DNA of 63,888 bases, filler included, from Aduncisulcus paluster (GCA_024181965.1; 31 parts of 31 records of this genome joined end to end with filler, not necessarily neighbours in it); one strand, 5' to 3'. Shown: positions 38,488 to 52,600, counted from the whole stretch's first letter. Program-made: numbers and translations. The notes: a model not told the origin generated them from the letters alone.

Positions 38488-41400
38488 ATGGATCCAAAAT
38501 CAAGCTCAGAACGTAGCCAAGATATTGTATGTTTCTGAAAGTTTTTGAATTTATACATTTTATGATGTTTTATATAATTAATTTGAAAAATAATGCCCAT
38601 ATTGCTTTCATAACCCATTTTCTGTTTCGGGTGTTTATTATTGCTTCATTTCCACCAAAATCTCAATTAATTTATTAGATTCAAGAAGTTAAATCAGAGT
38701 TTATTCATGAAGGTGACGAATCTAGCTCTCCAATTCCTCGGGATTCCCCGAATGTTAAGAGTCCTGATATAACTGTTATTGAAGCCAAGAATAGGACCAA
38801 GGAAGAAGGTGATAATGGGTATGATCAGTGTTCTGCAGCACAAAAGATGATGAAAGGAGAGCGTAATTGGGAAGAATTTGGAGAGGTGGCTTATTGGGAA
38901 AGATTTATACCACAATTTACAAATATTTCCCTTCCTTTCTCCACATCTACTCCCATTAAAGGTGCTTATATTTGTATTGGAGGAGGAAAATATTTCTGTC
39001 CACCCTCACACCTTATCTTCTCTCTTACATCTTCAAAGGGGGAGAAAATGTTTAAAAAATATGAATTTCCTGAATTAGAAAATGATAGCTGGTTCTTTCT
39101 CCCTATTGATCTTTCTGATGTTATTCTGTGTGAGATTAAAGGGAAAGGGAGAAAGAAAGAGTCTTTTAGAATCTACTCCCTTGTTTTCATAAGTAGAGAA
39201 GAAACTCCTGAAGAAATCAAAGCTTGTGAAGCTAGAGAGAAACTATGGTCTGAAGCTCCAGTTGTGAAACCAGAGTTTCTTATGGAAGGATGGAAAGATT
39301 CTATTCCCATTCCACATGATGATCCAAAGCTTGTATATCCTTCATTCTCAATGGCTAAGGGAAAGAATGATGTGTTTCGTAAGGAATTTGAGGAGTATGA
39401 TCAGAGTTCAAGAGCACAAAAAATGTTAAGAGGGGAATGTGATGTTCACTTATCCCATCTTTCCATTCCTTTCCCATCACCTTGTCCAATGAAAGGTGCT
39501 TATATATGTGTGAATAAGAATGCTAGTTCTCCCTCTCTTCTCTTCACTTTCACTGATTGTGATGGTAAGAAGATATTCAAGAAGTATGAATTCACAAGAC
39601 CTAAACATTACTATGAATGGCACTTCCTTCCCATTGATATGGATAATGTTGTATTGTGTGAGATTGAAGGGAAAGGAAGTTGGTGGTGGAAGAATAGTCG
39701 ATACTTTGTCATCCTCTCCCTCGTATTCTTTCGAGAAGAAACCCCTGAAGAACGTTGTATTCGAGAATCCATTGAGGAACAATGGTCTAAAGCTGTATGT
39801 TCATTATATTTTATTGGTTTAATATTTTCACATTTCTTTGTTTTATTATTTGATACGATTCACGCTAATCTTGTTTTACAATATTATCTCTTGATTTGTT
39901 TCTAATACCATTATATATCTCTTTTTTCAAAAATGATATATAGCCCACCATTGAATCAGAGTTTGTGAATTCTGGCGATCCATCTGCCATCCCCATTCCA
40001 CGTGGTAATGCAGCCGTTAATAATCCTTCTTTTGAGATGGTCAAGGGAAAGAATGATTCGAAGAGTAAGGAATCTGAGGAGTATGACCAAAGTGAAAAAG
40101 CTCAAGAAATGTTGAAAGGTGAAGGAGAAGTGACATTATCCCATCTTTCCATTCCTTTCCCATCACCTAGTCCTATGAAAGGTGCTTATATCTGTGTGAA
40201 TAAGAATACTAGTTCACCCTCTCTTCTCTTCACTTTCACTGATTGTGATGGTAAGAAGACATGCAAGAAGTATGAATTGACAAGACCTGAACATTACTAT
40301 GAATGGCACTTCCTTCCTATTGATTTGTATAATGTTGTATTGTGTGAGATTGAAGGGAAAGGAAGGCGGGATAATAAGAATAGTCGATGTTTTGCAATCA
40401 ATTCTTTAGTTTTTCTTAAACAACGTATTTTATTGGGAACTGTTGAATATATATATAAGGGAGACTATTCATGCATTCCAATCCCTCGAGATGATCCAAC
40501 ATTTATCAGTCCAGAATTTTTTGCAATTAAAGCAAGAATTAATGGAAGAATGGAAATAGAATATGAAAGTTTATATTATCAGAGCGATTGTGCACAAGCG
40601 ATGATGATGATGAAAGGAGAGGGTGTTATTTTAGGTAATTCTGAGTTTTATTTTATTTCCATTCCTTTCAAATCATCAACACCTATAAAATGTGCCTATG
40701 TCTGTTTATCATCTCGTAAATCTCCATCTCTTACATTCACATTCACTTCTTCAAATGGAAGCAAAATATCATATTTATATAAATTTGATGCTAAATCCAC
40801 AGATCGTTGGTTTAAGCTTTCAATTGGTCTCTCTGATGTTATTTCATGTGATATCAAAGGAGATGAAGAAGTAAGGGAATATTTTGAAATTATTTCCCTT
40901 GCTTTTTATCGAGAAGGAACTCCTGATGAAGAGATTGCTCGAGAAAAACAAAGAATATATCTTAAAGAACTATGGTTTAAATCCCCACCTGTGATACCAA
41001 TGTCTGTAACCCAAGAAATTGTAGATTCCCTTGATGATACCTCAATCTTAAATCCTTCATTTTCAGATGTTACATGTAAGAATGATGTATGTTGTAAGGA
41101 ATCTGAGCGGTATGATCAGAGTTTGGAAGCACAAAAAATGTTAAAGGGGGAAGGTGACATAGTTTTATCCCATATTTCTATCCCTTTTCCATCACTTAAT
41201 TCAATTAAAGGTGCATATATTTCTGTTTCTAAATATTATCTCCCTGCTCTTCTCTTCACTTTCACTCTTTCGAATGGAAAGAAGATATCCAAGAGGTATG
41301 AATTCACAGAACCTGAACATGATTATAGATCTTTCTTTCTTCCTATTGATCTTCCAAAGGTTGTTTTATGTGAGATTCAGGGAAAAGGATCATGGGAATA

Positions 41401-42517
41401 TGAGAAGAGTCGATTTTTTGCAATAATCTCCCTTATTTTTATTAAAGGTGAAGATATTCCTCCCCTTTCTTCAGATTCCACAAAGCTTATCAAACATGAC
41501 TCTTTCACTCTCACTTCCTCTGCAACCATGACTCCTCAGTGCATCATTGGTCATGGTGGATTTGGTGAAGTTCTTCTTGTTGAAGTCGATGGTATTCCTA
41601 TTCCTTGTGTTCTGAAGAAAATGCTCCATGAAGCTGATGAAAGGGTTGTTAAAGAATGTCGAAAGGAGTTCAAGATGCAACGAAAGTTATTTAACAACCC
41701 CAAATGTTTCAATCGTATCCCTCGTCCTTTGTACATTCTTGACCTGCTTGATGCAGATTTACAGGGAGTATATGGATTCCTTATGGAGTTTTGTATTGGA
41801 GGCAGTGTGAATTCCTTTGCCAAGAGATGGTGTGTTGTTGAGAAGTCTACGAGTCAAGGGGAAGAAGGAGAGGAAGAAGATCTATCCGATTCCTTTTCGT
41901 CTTCAGAAGAAGATAGTGACGATCACAAACAGTTTGATCCCATGACACTGAACCCTGTTAAAGTGAGTGCTCTCTGTGTTGGCATGATTGAGTGTCTTGA
42001 TGATGTGTTTAGAGCAAAGAAGAGTCTTGTCCATCGAGATGTTAAACCAGACAACTTCCTTGTTCGTGTTGATCATGATTCAAATAAATGTACTATTGTT
42101 CTCTCTGATCTTGGAATGGTCCAAGTCTTAAATTCTCTTTCATCACGACTATCTTCAAGTGGGGTAACCAAAGTGTCTTCTCACTCCTCAAAGATTGCTG
42201 AAAAGGGGGCAAAACCTGAACCTCAACGTTCCATCTGTGGAACACTTGTGTATAATTCGTATGAAGCTCTTCGAGGGTATCAGACTCAAAAGAGTGATGC
42301 TTACTCTCTTGGAATGTCTATTCTTGCTCTGTTCATGGCAGATAACCCTTTCATAAATCTGCCTGGTTTAAGAGGAATTTGCAATCGATCGGACTTTGTT
42401 CTAGAACTATGTCGAATTCTCAAAGGTGATATGGGTCCAACATTAAAAGAATCACATCTCTTCAAATCCTTATTGTCAATTGAAAAGGGTGAATTCCGAT
42501 CTGTTCATGCATGTTGA
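38488..42517 (+). CDS. Spliced eukaryotic Ser/Thr-type protein kinase with five tandem ~150-aa repeats, 3' end truncated by an LTR
   Basis: Phase-0 GTATGT..AG introns at 38527-38678 and 39795-39943 join all exons in frame; repeats PIPRDxP..YDQS..SHLSIPF..KGAYIC..FLPIDL..CEI; kinase motifs GHGGFGEV, VLKK, HRDVKPDN, DLG, SDAYSLG. Confidence 0.85.
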
Positions 42518-42589
42518 AATATGATGTGATCTATTTTTAGACCACAAATCTGATGTTCATTTATTATAGTAAATTGCATACGCATTACA
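42512..42589 (+). mobile_element. 5' LTR, family F (78 bp)
   Basis: TGTTG...TTACA, CTATTTTTAG, AGTAAATTG; supplies the kinase stop codon; followed by a palindrome and a Gag-like ORF. Confidence 0.65.
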
Positions 42590-42606
42590 GTATTAATACT
42601 TTCGCG

Positions 42607-42923
42607 ATGGAAGGATCAATGGCTCTTCTACAACCTCCATTTCTTACTAAGTTCGATCGAAACTCATGGTTAAAGTTTCACCGAGATTACGCGATTTATG
42701 TCGCAAGAGGAGGCGATGCTGACTTTAGAACCTTAATTGATCCATTCGTATTACAGAGTCTTTATTTGACGACTGGATGTACACCGGATGAGACGCCTGA
42801 TAGTTTTAAAGCAAAGGTGACAAAAAAGTTTTCTGCTTCTAGCACTCAAGGATTTTACGACGAATTAAAGAAGCTGAAGCTGTATAAACTATCTCAATCC
42901 GCCCTTGTTACCTACACTGCTCG
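42607..42923 (+). CDS. Gag-like ORF of family F (partial)
   Basis: PPFLTKFDRNSWLKFHRDYAIYVARGG motif shared with the ORFs at 57904-58264 and 58453-58812. Confidence 0.6.
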
Positions 42924-43663
42924 NNNNNNNNNNNNNNNNNNNNNNNNNNNNNNNNNNNNNNNNNNNNTTAATTAATTAANNNNNNNNNNNNNNNNNNNNN
43001 NNNNNNNNNNNNNNNNNNNNNNNGTTTTCAAATCCAGGTTTCGGGTTTGGGGTCAAATATGGATGGTACTTCCTTCCTTTTGGCTTTGATCATGCTGACA
43101 TAAAATTGGATGTTATTTCCTGTGATATTGAAGGAAAAGGACAATGGGGTGAAAAAACAAGCAGAACTTTCTTTATCTTTTCCCTTGTATTTGTTAAGCC
43201 AGATGACATCGTGGCAGGAGAAGGAGAAGAAGAAGAAGAAAAATAAGGTATGATAAAAAGACCCCTCTTTACATAAGGTTGTTGACTGTTTTCCAGTTTA
43301 AAAGTGAAAAGATTGGTATAATTGGTGTCATTAGCTGCTGATGACTCATCAGAATGGCTCTATGAATGAATAAAATAATGGATGTAAGAGATACTTAAAC
43401 GAAACTTAAACCTAATGACATCATATCAAAAGATGATACTCATCTCGAGAGACATCCATCTCCCATTGAGGTTGAGAAGTCACCGTGTCAGTGGAATAGT
43501 AGCCTGCACAATATCATGTTGTATTGGTTTCTATTGAGTGAGAGAACTCGAGATGAGTAGATATTGACAAAAATGAGTGAAAAATGTTTTTGAATGAAGA
43601 TATATTGTTATAAATCCACAATAACATGTGAAACTATGGAATAAACATGGAAATATAATTTTC

Positions 43664-43933
43664 GTGTTCTAAAAATAGCATTTCTAAAAATAGAATTCAC
43701 AAATACAAAATTGTGTAAAACAACAAGAAATAAGAGAATACGTAAGTTTTTTTTATTATTTCTGTCTTCAATAACCCAATCAATTCATCTCCAACCTCTG
43801 TTTGAAAATTTATAAAAATCACTTTAACACAATGTAATATGCAGAATTCTGACAATTTATTTGGTAAAATGACGAGAATAGCGCAGTTTCAGATTTCAAA
43901 AATCTATTTTTAGAATTTCTATTTTTAGAGCAC
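43664..43933. mobile_element. MITE-like element with ~33-bp terminal inverted repeats
   Basis: GTGTTCTAAAAATAGCATTTCTAAAAATAGAATT versus AATCTATTTTTAGAATTTCTATTTTTAGAGCAC; non-coding interior. Confidence 0.5.
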
Positions 43934-43995
43934 AAAACATAACTTTGTTCGTATCCCTCGAATTTTCCATGATTTTAGATCATTATAAAGATGAG

Positions 43996-46900
43996 TTAGC
44001 AAAAGAGACCATGAACTTCCGAAAAACTATCTTCCTCTTCCTCACCTTCTTCTTCCATCCTCTCCCTCCATGCATATTCGTCATATCCTTCGAATGGATA
44101 TGTCTTTGGATCAAACAACATTTCAACACCGCCACCTGTGCGTTCAATCAGGTCATACACGGATTGTCTCAAAGATCGTTCCTCATCAAATGGCATCCTA
44201 ACAAGCATGTGTTGGGGAGGGGTGTATTGGATGAGGGAAGAGTACGTGATTCGCTGTGGAGCTCCTGTACAAAGGCGATGATCTTCATCCGCGATTGCTA
44301 AATGTCGAGCGCTTTCATTTGCCTCTTCCTTTTCCTTGATATCTCCTAGTTCTCCTTGGAATTGGAGTGAATTCATTTCACATGATAAGTTACCACCTTT
44401 GACATCTTCGAAATTCATTTGATCTCCGGTCAACACATTGAAATATTCTATTTTCTCTCTTGAACAACATTGAATATTTAAAATAAACCCCATTCCAAAG
44501 CAAATATGACAAAAATAGCAATCCTTTGGTGTTGTTTCAAGATAAGGGAGAAGAAACAAAACTGGAATAGAATAGAAAATACCTAGAGAATAATCTTGAT
44601 AAATACAACGGGCAATATTTAAAAAATAAATGTAAAGATCATCATCAATACGAAAATCATAGAAAGTACTGGCTTCCATCATCCATGGTGACATGTCATA
44701 TTTGGGTGAAATATGCCGTATTAAAGATGAACTATACGATATCATCGAAATTAACTCAGCAAAATACTTATGTCCCCACAAATTACAATTAGTTTGGATC
44801 ACTTCCAACCACCCATCAAGAAGATCTTTTACCCTCTCAAATACTTCAATGGCTTGTGAAGGAATAAACACAAATTACGAAAAAATCTCAAAAAGGAAAA
44901 ATGAAAGTCCACATCAATCTTATCTCCAAAAAACTCTCTCTTNNNNNNNNNNNNNNNNNNNNTCATATTTGGGTGAAATATGCCGTATTAAAGATGAACT
45001 ATACGATATCATCGAAATTAACTCAGCAAAATACTTATGTCCCCACAAATTACAATTAGTTTGGATCACTTCCAACCACCCATCAAGAAGATCTTTTACC
45101 CTCTCAAATACTTCAATGGCTTGTGAAGGAATAAAACACAAATTACGAAAAAATCTCAAAAAGGAAAAATGAAAGTCCACATCAATCTTATCTCCAAAAA
45201 ACTCTCTCTTAACAACATCAAGAACAGGGTGGAAGAGAGGCCAAGCTTCAGAACAGAGGGCTTCATTCGGGATTTTATCTTGTGGATTGTCAAGAACACA
45301 TCCAAGAACGACCATTAAATATCCACAACATTCTGGATACAAGGATAAATATTCAGAAAACTTATTGATCAGCATGAGAAATGAACGTTTGACTATCAAT
45401 GATTGAGATCCAGCCATATAACGTAAAGATAAAGATATATCGAGTGGAATATTACCAAGTGATCTCTTCTCCTTTCTTCCTCTCTTAAGAATTCTTTGGA
45501 AAACTATAAATACATTGGCGGTAAAGGCTTTAGAAACCTTATTAGCCAACTTGGATGAGTAATATTTGCATATTTTACAATACTCTCCAGCAACATCTCC
45601 TTCCAACACTTCCTCACATCTTGATAAATGACCAATGAAAGTGTCAATGAGATCATTCAGATCAGGAATAGGGAGACAGATAGCATTTCCAGAAATATCA
45701 TGTCTAACAAACAACTGTAAACACTGAACACAAAGAACAATCTCTCTCTTGTGCTCTTCAATCTCACTCTTTGATTGGAATGCAAGGAAGACAGAAAGAA
45801 TATCATCTCGATGGTAGAGTTTGGAAGTGGATTCTGAGACAGGGGATTTGTTGAGAGTTTCAACTAATTCTGACCATTTTTTCAGAGAAGGATAACAATT
45901 ACTAAGATATCTTGTATAATCTTCACTCCAACCCCCATTCTTCTTGCACCATTCCATGTTGGTATCATATTTGGGAGATATGTGAGGAACAAGAGATGGA
46001 ACAGTGGAGAACATGGAAAATCGTCTGGACCAGTATTTGGTTCCCCAATTACCATCATCTTTCCCTTCTTCACTCTTCTTCTTTATCATCTCAAACCAAC
46101 CATCAAGAAGACCATCTTTAATACAATCATGCACTTCAACAGCTTGGGAAGGAATACAACTCAAATTAGCAAAGAACAATAAACAACGAATTACAGCATC
46201 ATCATCAAATGTAATACCTTTGGAAGCAGTGTCCTTAATCACATCCAAGACAGGATGGAAGACAAACCAGAGTTGTGAGGAACGATCTTTATGAGGTTTG
46301 GAATTATGGTTGTCAATTGTGATATTCTTCAAGATATTTATCCACAAGAAAAAGAACTTCTTGTCAGGATACTTCTTCATCCAAGGTAAGATGTGAGGGA
46401 GAAGAAGGGAAAAGAGGGAGTCCTTGGTGGGATCATCTTTTTTAATGGTTATAATGCTTGATTTATGAAGATATTTTGACAAAATAGAACAGATAATTAA
46501 AATGTCTTCCACAAGTTGATTTTCCAAGCGATAAATAATTCCTGATGGTAAGATCTTTGATAATAAAGGAATAATTACACCAAATACTTGAAATTGAAGA
46601 TATTCACATTGCATCATAGATGTACGAATGATTCGGAATACACTCATTGTGATAAGATTATTAATAGTTTCTTCATTCGTAATTTCTTCTCGGAAATAGC
46701 ACTCCACTCTGAGTATCTGAGTTAAAATTGGTGGAATAAACTGAGAAATTTGCTGTGAATCAAGCAAAATAGTATTATTATTTCCTTTAGAGGGACTAAA
46801 AGCCGTGTGCTTGATCAATAAGGAGATGCACTCAAAACATGTTATGAGAAGTTCTTCATTTGCTCTAATTATTGAATTATGGCAAGAATATGCATCAATT

Positions 46901-47025
46901 GTAGCTTGAAAACGTCGAAATACCCTCTTAAAAATCGACGATATGCTTTTTTCTGAAGATAGTTTGATTTTTTCAGCTAATTTGTTGAGTTCAACAAGTT
47001 TGAAGGGGGTTGAAAGAAATTTCAT
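43996..47025 (-). CDS. Large helical-repeat (ARM/HEAT-like) eukaryotic hypothetical protein; duplication artefact at the N gap
   Basis: Internal repeat FHPVLDV..NL.CIPSQA.EV..DGW..HISPKY; the ORFs 44920-47025 and 43996-44871 overlap through duplicated sequence. Confidence 0.6.
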
Positions 47026-47428
47026 GAAAATAATTCAAGCAACCAATACAATAATTTGATTTCAATTACTGAAGGAGAATCAGTTCAAATATAGGACGTA
47101 ACAGGTTCAATAATAAAATTAATAATTAATTATTAATTCAGAATAAATTGTGGTTTAACCACAGTAGTTATTGAACAAAATCCACAGATATTGCCTTTGA
47201 CAATTCACTGAATTTGGCAAATGAACAAAAACTGAGGGTTTTCTCAATGCAGTCGTGACGGCTGGAATTAGCCGCCAACCGTCAGACGGCTATGGCCGTG
47301 CACGGCTTTATCTCCAAAAACTATCGAAGAAATGGAAAATTTTTATTTGAAACTGTTATGTGCTTCAAAAGAGAATAATAAGTTATAAATAAATGGACAA
47401 TATAAATAAAAATAAACGCACAAAAAGA

Positions 47429-48865
47429 TTATTCTTTCCAGATTTCCACCAATTGCCGAAGATTCTTATTATCTTTGTATAAACAATGCCGTTCCCTCTC
47501 CAAACTTGATATTTTCTTAGCAAAAACCTTACAATCAGATGTGACTTCTGTTATTTTCCCCTTTAATTCGAGTCTCTGGCGATCCCATTCTTTTTCAATT
47601 TGTTCAATATATGCGAGCTTATCTTTCAATCTTTTGCTCAAAATCTCAATTTGTTCACCTTTTTCAATAGATTTTGCCTCAATTTCTTTTTTTTCATCTC
47701 TAAATCTTTCCGTGGCCAAGTCAAGTTTATGTTTGAGTTCATCACATATTCGATCACACTTTCTTTTCTCTTCTCCTACACCTTCAAGGGATATTTTTAA
47801 TTTATGCTCCAATTCTTCTATATTTCTTTCACATTTTCTTTTTTCTCCTTCAACTTCTTGAAGAGATATCTTCAGTTTGTCAACCATATCTTCCAACTTG
47901 CCTCTTTGGGAAGCTCTCTGTTCCAATTCATATTTAATCTCTGTTTCTTTCCTTTCCAGTAATGTAAGCGTACGTTCTGCAGCCATGGCTCTATCCTCAG
48001 CTCGCTGAGTGGATCTTAGCTGCTCTTGAAGTTGATGGCGCATTTCTTGAGATTCTCTCTGAAGCGACGAAACTCTCCTTTCCAACTCTTCTTTTGTACT
48101 CACCGAATCACGTTGGAGAACAGATACTCGCCTGAATAAATCATCCCGCTCGTCAGATATCTTTGAAACACGGAGTCTCCATTCACGACGCTGCTCTTCT
48201 TTCTCAGCATCAAGAGCCTCAAGTTCCTGAATTTTAGCTGTTAATTCGCCATGTTCTTTCTGTTTAAATTTGAGTAATTCTTTATATTTTTCTTCGAGAG
48301 CAGAGAATTTTCCTTTAAGTAGATCCTTCTCCTGCGAGTGTGAAGAAAGGGAATCTTCAAGAGATCTTCCTAATTCTGCAATTTTAGTGGAAGATTCACC
48401 TTCTATTCGCTTCAAATTAGCTTCTAATTCAAAATTACGAGTTCGATAACTTTCAAGTTGAGTTTCAAGTTGATGGAGAATTTGGGCATTTTCAACTTTA
48501 ACTTCTGCAACAGCATCAGCTTTAGCCTTTTCAATATCTGTGGATGTTGATAATTTGTCAATTAGTTTTTCTATTTCCTCACTTCGCGATTGAAGTTGGG
48601 ATTGAAGAGATTTTCTTTCTTGAGCAAATAGTCTCTCTAACTCAGCGTTCGCAAGTTTTGCTGCCTCTAGATCAGAAGTTAATTCAATATTTTTTTGTCT
48701 AATAGCTAAAAATTGGGTTTTAAGGACAGAAAAATTTTGCTTCATTATTTCTTGCTCTTTCGTCATTTGTGCCAATAAATCATCTCTTTCTTCATAGTTA
48801 GGGTGAGCAATCCCTGAAATATCGAGAGTTTCCATCCGGATTTTTATCAAAAGAGAGAATTTCAT
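47429..48865 (-). CDS. Long coiled-coil protein (possibly centriolar, CEP83-like)
   Basis: 478-aa heptad-rich E/K/L ORF; family assignment is a weak impression only. Confidence 0.6.
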   Translation of the reverse strand: MKFSLLIKIRMETLDISGIAHPNYEERDDLLAQMTKEQEIMKQNFSVLKTQFLAIRQKNIELTSDLEAAKLANAELERLFAQERKSLQSQLQSRSEEIEKLIDKLSTSTDIEKAKADAVAEVKVENAQILHQLETQLESYRTRNFELEANLKRIEGESSTKIAELGRSLEDSLSSHSQEKDLLKGKFSALEEKYKELLKFKQKEHGELTAKIQELEALDAEKEEQRREWRLRVSKISDERDDLFRRVSVLQRDSVSTKEELERRVSSLQRESQEMRHQLQEQLRSTQRAEDRAMAAERTLTLLERKETEIKYELEQRASQRGKLEDMVDKLKISLQEVEGEKRKCERNIEELEHKLKISLEGVGEEKRKCDRICDELKHKLDLATERFRDEKKEIEAKSIEKGEQIEILSKRLKDKLAYIEQIEKEWDRQRLELKGKITEVTSDCKVFAKKISSLERERHCLYKDNKNLRQLVEIWKE

Positions 48866-49607
48866 TCGATGTCGGGAAATCTTTCGTCATATTCCATATT
48901 AGCAACCCAAATTGAAAAGATTCAACAAAAATAACTTTATTTAAAACATTCAATTAAATATAACTATTGTAGATTACATTATACAGCCTTTCCATTTTTN
49001 NNNNNNNNNNNNNNNNNNNTTTTTGTCTAATAGCTAAAAATTGGGTTTTAAGGACAGAAAAATTTTGCTTCATTATTTCTTGCTCTTTCGTCATTTGTGC
49101 CAATAAATCATCTCTTTCTTCATAGTTAGGGTGAGCAATCCCTGAAATATCGAGAGTTTCCATCCGGATTTTTATCAAAAGAGAGAATTTCATTCGATGT
49201 CGGGAAATCTTTCGTCATATTCCATATTAGCAACCCAAATTGAAAAGATTCAACAAAAATAACTTTATTTAAAACATTCAATTAAATATAACTATTGTAG
49301 ATTACATTATACAGCCTTTCCATTTTTCTCGGGCGAATAATCTCTAATATATAGATAATATATTTTAAACCATAATGTGTTATAAAAAAATTTAGAATTA
49401 AATTTCTTGTAATGTTGCTAGATTAGCTGATAATAGTCTTCGGTATCAATATTTGAGATGATAAGGTTGAAGAATATTAAATAGGTGAAATAGTAATACG
49501 AATACTAGTATATTTCGATTATCCCTGTTTTCGCAGACATTATCGTTTTCAACAGAGATAAACAGGTAATTTGCCTGTTTTCCTGACAAAAGTAATATAA
49601 ATCATTT

Positions 49608-52600
49608 ATGGAAATACGAAAACAGCTTGAAGAAAGGAAAAAGAAAATAGTTAGCACCATAGGGGATAATGAAGTAGAGTTAAATCCAGCTTCCACATCA
49701 TTTTCTAAATTTACAGCCCCTTACTCGTTGACAATTGGTGAACTAGATGCAGAAAGCATAGAAAAGACAGAAAGACTTATAGATATGCAACGAAGATACT
49801 ATATTATTGACGAAATCAAATATCATAAGAAAGCGGTTGCTCATGTATGTATGAAGGCTGATAATGCAATTAAATCGGCAGAAAATGCGGCTAAACGGTT
49901 TTCTAAAAGTATTAATCATGAAGGTGCATTCGCCGATCAGAGTAGGGAAGCTAAAGCCATGTTCTCTGCCCTTCGAAAAGCTAAAAAGACAATCAAAGTG
50001 GCATCCAAGGTTAGAAAGGCGCAAGTTGAAGAAGGTTTTGGTAAATTAGTTCCTGACAAACTTCGAATGATCACTTCTAAAACATTACATTCTACCTCCA
50101 CTGCAAAGCGTCCAATCAAGATCCATATTCATAAACTTGGATCACCCGGCGCTCGTCTTCCCCGTGGACGGTTTGTGTGTTCCGTTAGCATGCTTACAAA
50201 GCTTGGACTCGATGGAAGTATTATAGAGTGGAGCAAAGGTCGATACCCTTATAACATCCACGGTATCACCCCTCATTTCAAGTATTCTGGCTCATATGAA
50301 GAAGAAAGCATGAATATTAGTAGAGTTCTTCATACATCCGTGCCATCCAAAATTAGAACTCCCCCCACTGCATGCCTATTAATAGAACTTTTGTATATCG
50401 TACCAACTCCTCAAACTTATTCCAATTCCTCCAAAAGAGCACTTGCTGCTGCGAACAAACGAGATTCCTCTGACCCTTCATCTCGTCGAGTCGCCTCTTC
50501 TCTTCCCATTCCAGATTCATTCCCATCCGTTTCTTCTGCAGCTGCCCCTACTTCTTCCTCGACAATGTTTCTCTCTGTCGGATGGTGTGTCTTCCCTCTT
50601 CTCTCAGTGGGTCTAGATGTTATTGAAGGCGGTTATCGTGTCCCCATGGTTAGAGGAAGCCTTGATCCCACTGTGTGTTTATTCTCAGAGTATCAGTCAC
50701 TTTTCGAGAGAGATCTTGACCATTGGCTCGGTAATCTATACATTTCAGTCACTCACACGCCTCAACAGACTGCTCTGAAGGTCCCTCGGTACCTGCGAGA
50801 TGTTCGCCATGGTACGAAAGAGGAGGACATCAAGAGAGTTGTACTGATGAGAGACATGCTCTTGGAAGAGGAGAGAGAGAGGAAGGCAAAGATGTATGAA
50901 GGATATGTGACAGTTGATGATAATGAGTCTGAACAGACCGGGAGTCCACACAAAAGTAATAATAGCTCATTAATATTCTTCCGCGATGAGAATGGAAGGA
51001 CTCCTGATGTTGACGATGACAATGAAGCTGTTATTTCCTTCCTTCCCTCCCGTACAGCACTCAGAAGGTCTCTTGTGAGCCACCTTCTTCGTTTGGAACA
51101 AGAAAGGGACTATGAGACAAGAGATGTGGATGGAATGGAGGAAGATTATGAGTATGAGGAATGCTACACGACAAGATTTGCAGGCGTCAGTGAGGAGGCT
51201 GACCAATGGGATGCCGAGGCTGAGTCTTCAACACATTCGAGTGCTGAAGATAACCACAGTGCCGAGGGGAGTGGCGAAGATAGCGTTAGAACAAGGCGAT
51301 CTACACGCTCCACTTCTCAGAGGTCAGGCCATCACCTTGTCCCATCTATTCCTGTCCAAGGAATGGCTATAAATAGCATCGGAGAAGAATCTGAGAAACA
51401 AAAGACTGACAGTTCCAAACATAGCATAGCTGACTCTAAAAGTGTTCAGCAAGGACAAGGTGGATGCAAGCGTCCTAATCCCCGTGATCCAAACTCTATT
51501 CCCTTTTTTACTCTCAAGAAAGAAATGATTCGTTCTATTGGATCATTTCCTAACGTTCATATCACCCCCTCCGGCACAAATACCCATCGATTAGCCCCTC
51601 TGTTCTCGTGTATGGCAAAAGCTAAGAAACAGGAAGAGGATGAGGAGTATCAACGTACTCACATATCCATGCACAACAATGTTTATTCCCTTTTCCAACC
51701 TGAAGTGCCAGCTTTGACTCTCAAAGAACTTCGAAAAGAGAAAGGATTATCACAGCAACAGCAAACTCAAACAAAACAGGGCACTGGAATACAGTTCTCT
51801 GACACTGTGCGTGTCCCAAAGGCTGCTGTTGAACGTAGGGAGGCAGGCGAGCGTGTAAGCAGTGGATCCTTCCTTACAAGCGGTTTGTTGGGAGATTTTG
51901 CCCTTCTTTTCCCCTCTACTGGTGTTTTCTGGTCCTCTATATTCCTGCTGATTACCTCTCTTCTCCTTCACAACTTCCTCAAGGGATTCTTCCAATATTT
52001 GTACCTCAAGCTTCGAGGAGTCTATGTGCATCAAGTCTCCCTTGCATTCCTTGTTACATATGTCCTCATGGAGTATGAAGGGAGGGTCTACGATGTCATG
52101 TTTGAGGTATTTAATGTATTAATCGGAGCTCTCAGTGGAATGGTCTTGTTCCTCGCTTTGTTGATTCCCTTGTATTTATTCACAAAGCATAAGTTAAAAC
52201 ATACTCATTCTCATATTAGAAGTCATGTACCCAGTGTTATATGGAGATTCTGTGCCTCAATAGGTTTATGGATGGTCATTGATCCTTTACTAGTCATTCT
52301 GTATGGAATGTTGTGTTATTGGCTCCATCCGAATGCTGTGAGTGATTTGCGTCGTATTACCGTTGTATTCGAGTATCGACAAGGTGATTCAAGTGCAGGA
52401 TTTATGTTCTTAGTGATTATCTATATCCTTACGTTCGCTGTTAATATGGCTCTCTTCATATGGTACCTTCTTCGTGTTCATAATAGCGGTCAGTTGCACG
52501 ATGCTGTCCTAAAACTTACTGATGTGAGTGGAACAAGGACTTTCATCCCACCCGACGATAGTGTTACTCTTTCAGAGTTTGTTGACATACTACGAGAGAG

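Noticed and set aside
48690-49327. Apparent second copy of the coiled-coil gene start
   Set aside because: Exact duplicate on both sides of an N gap. The same artefact occurs at 44697-45210, 55193-55766 and 9234-9313.
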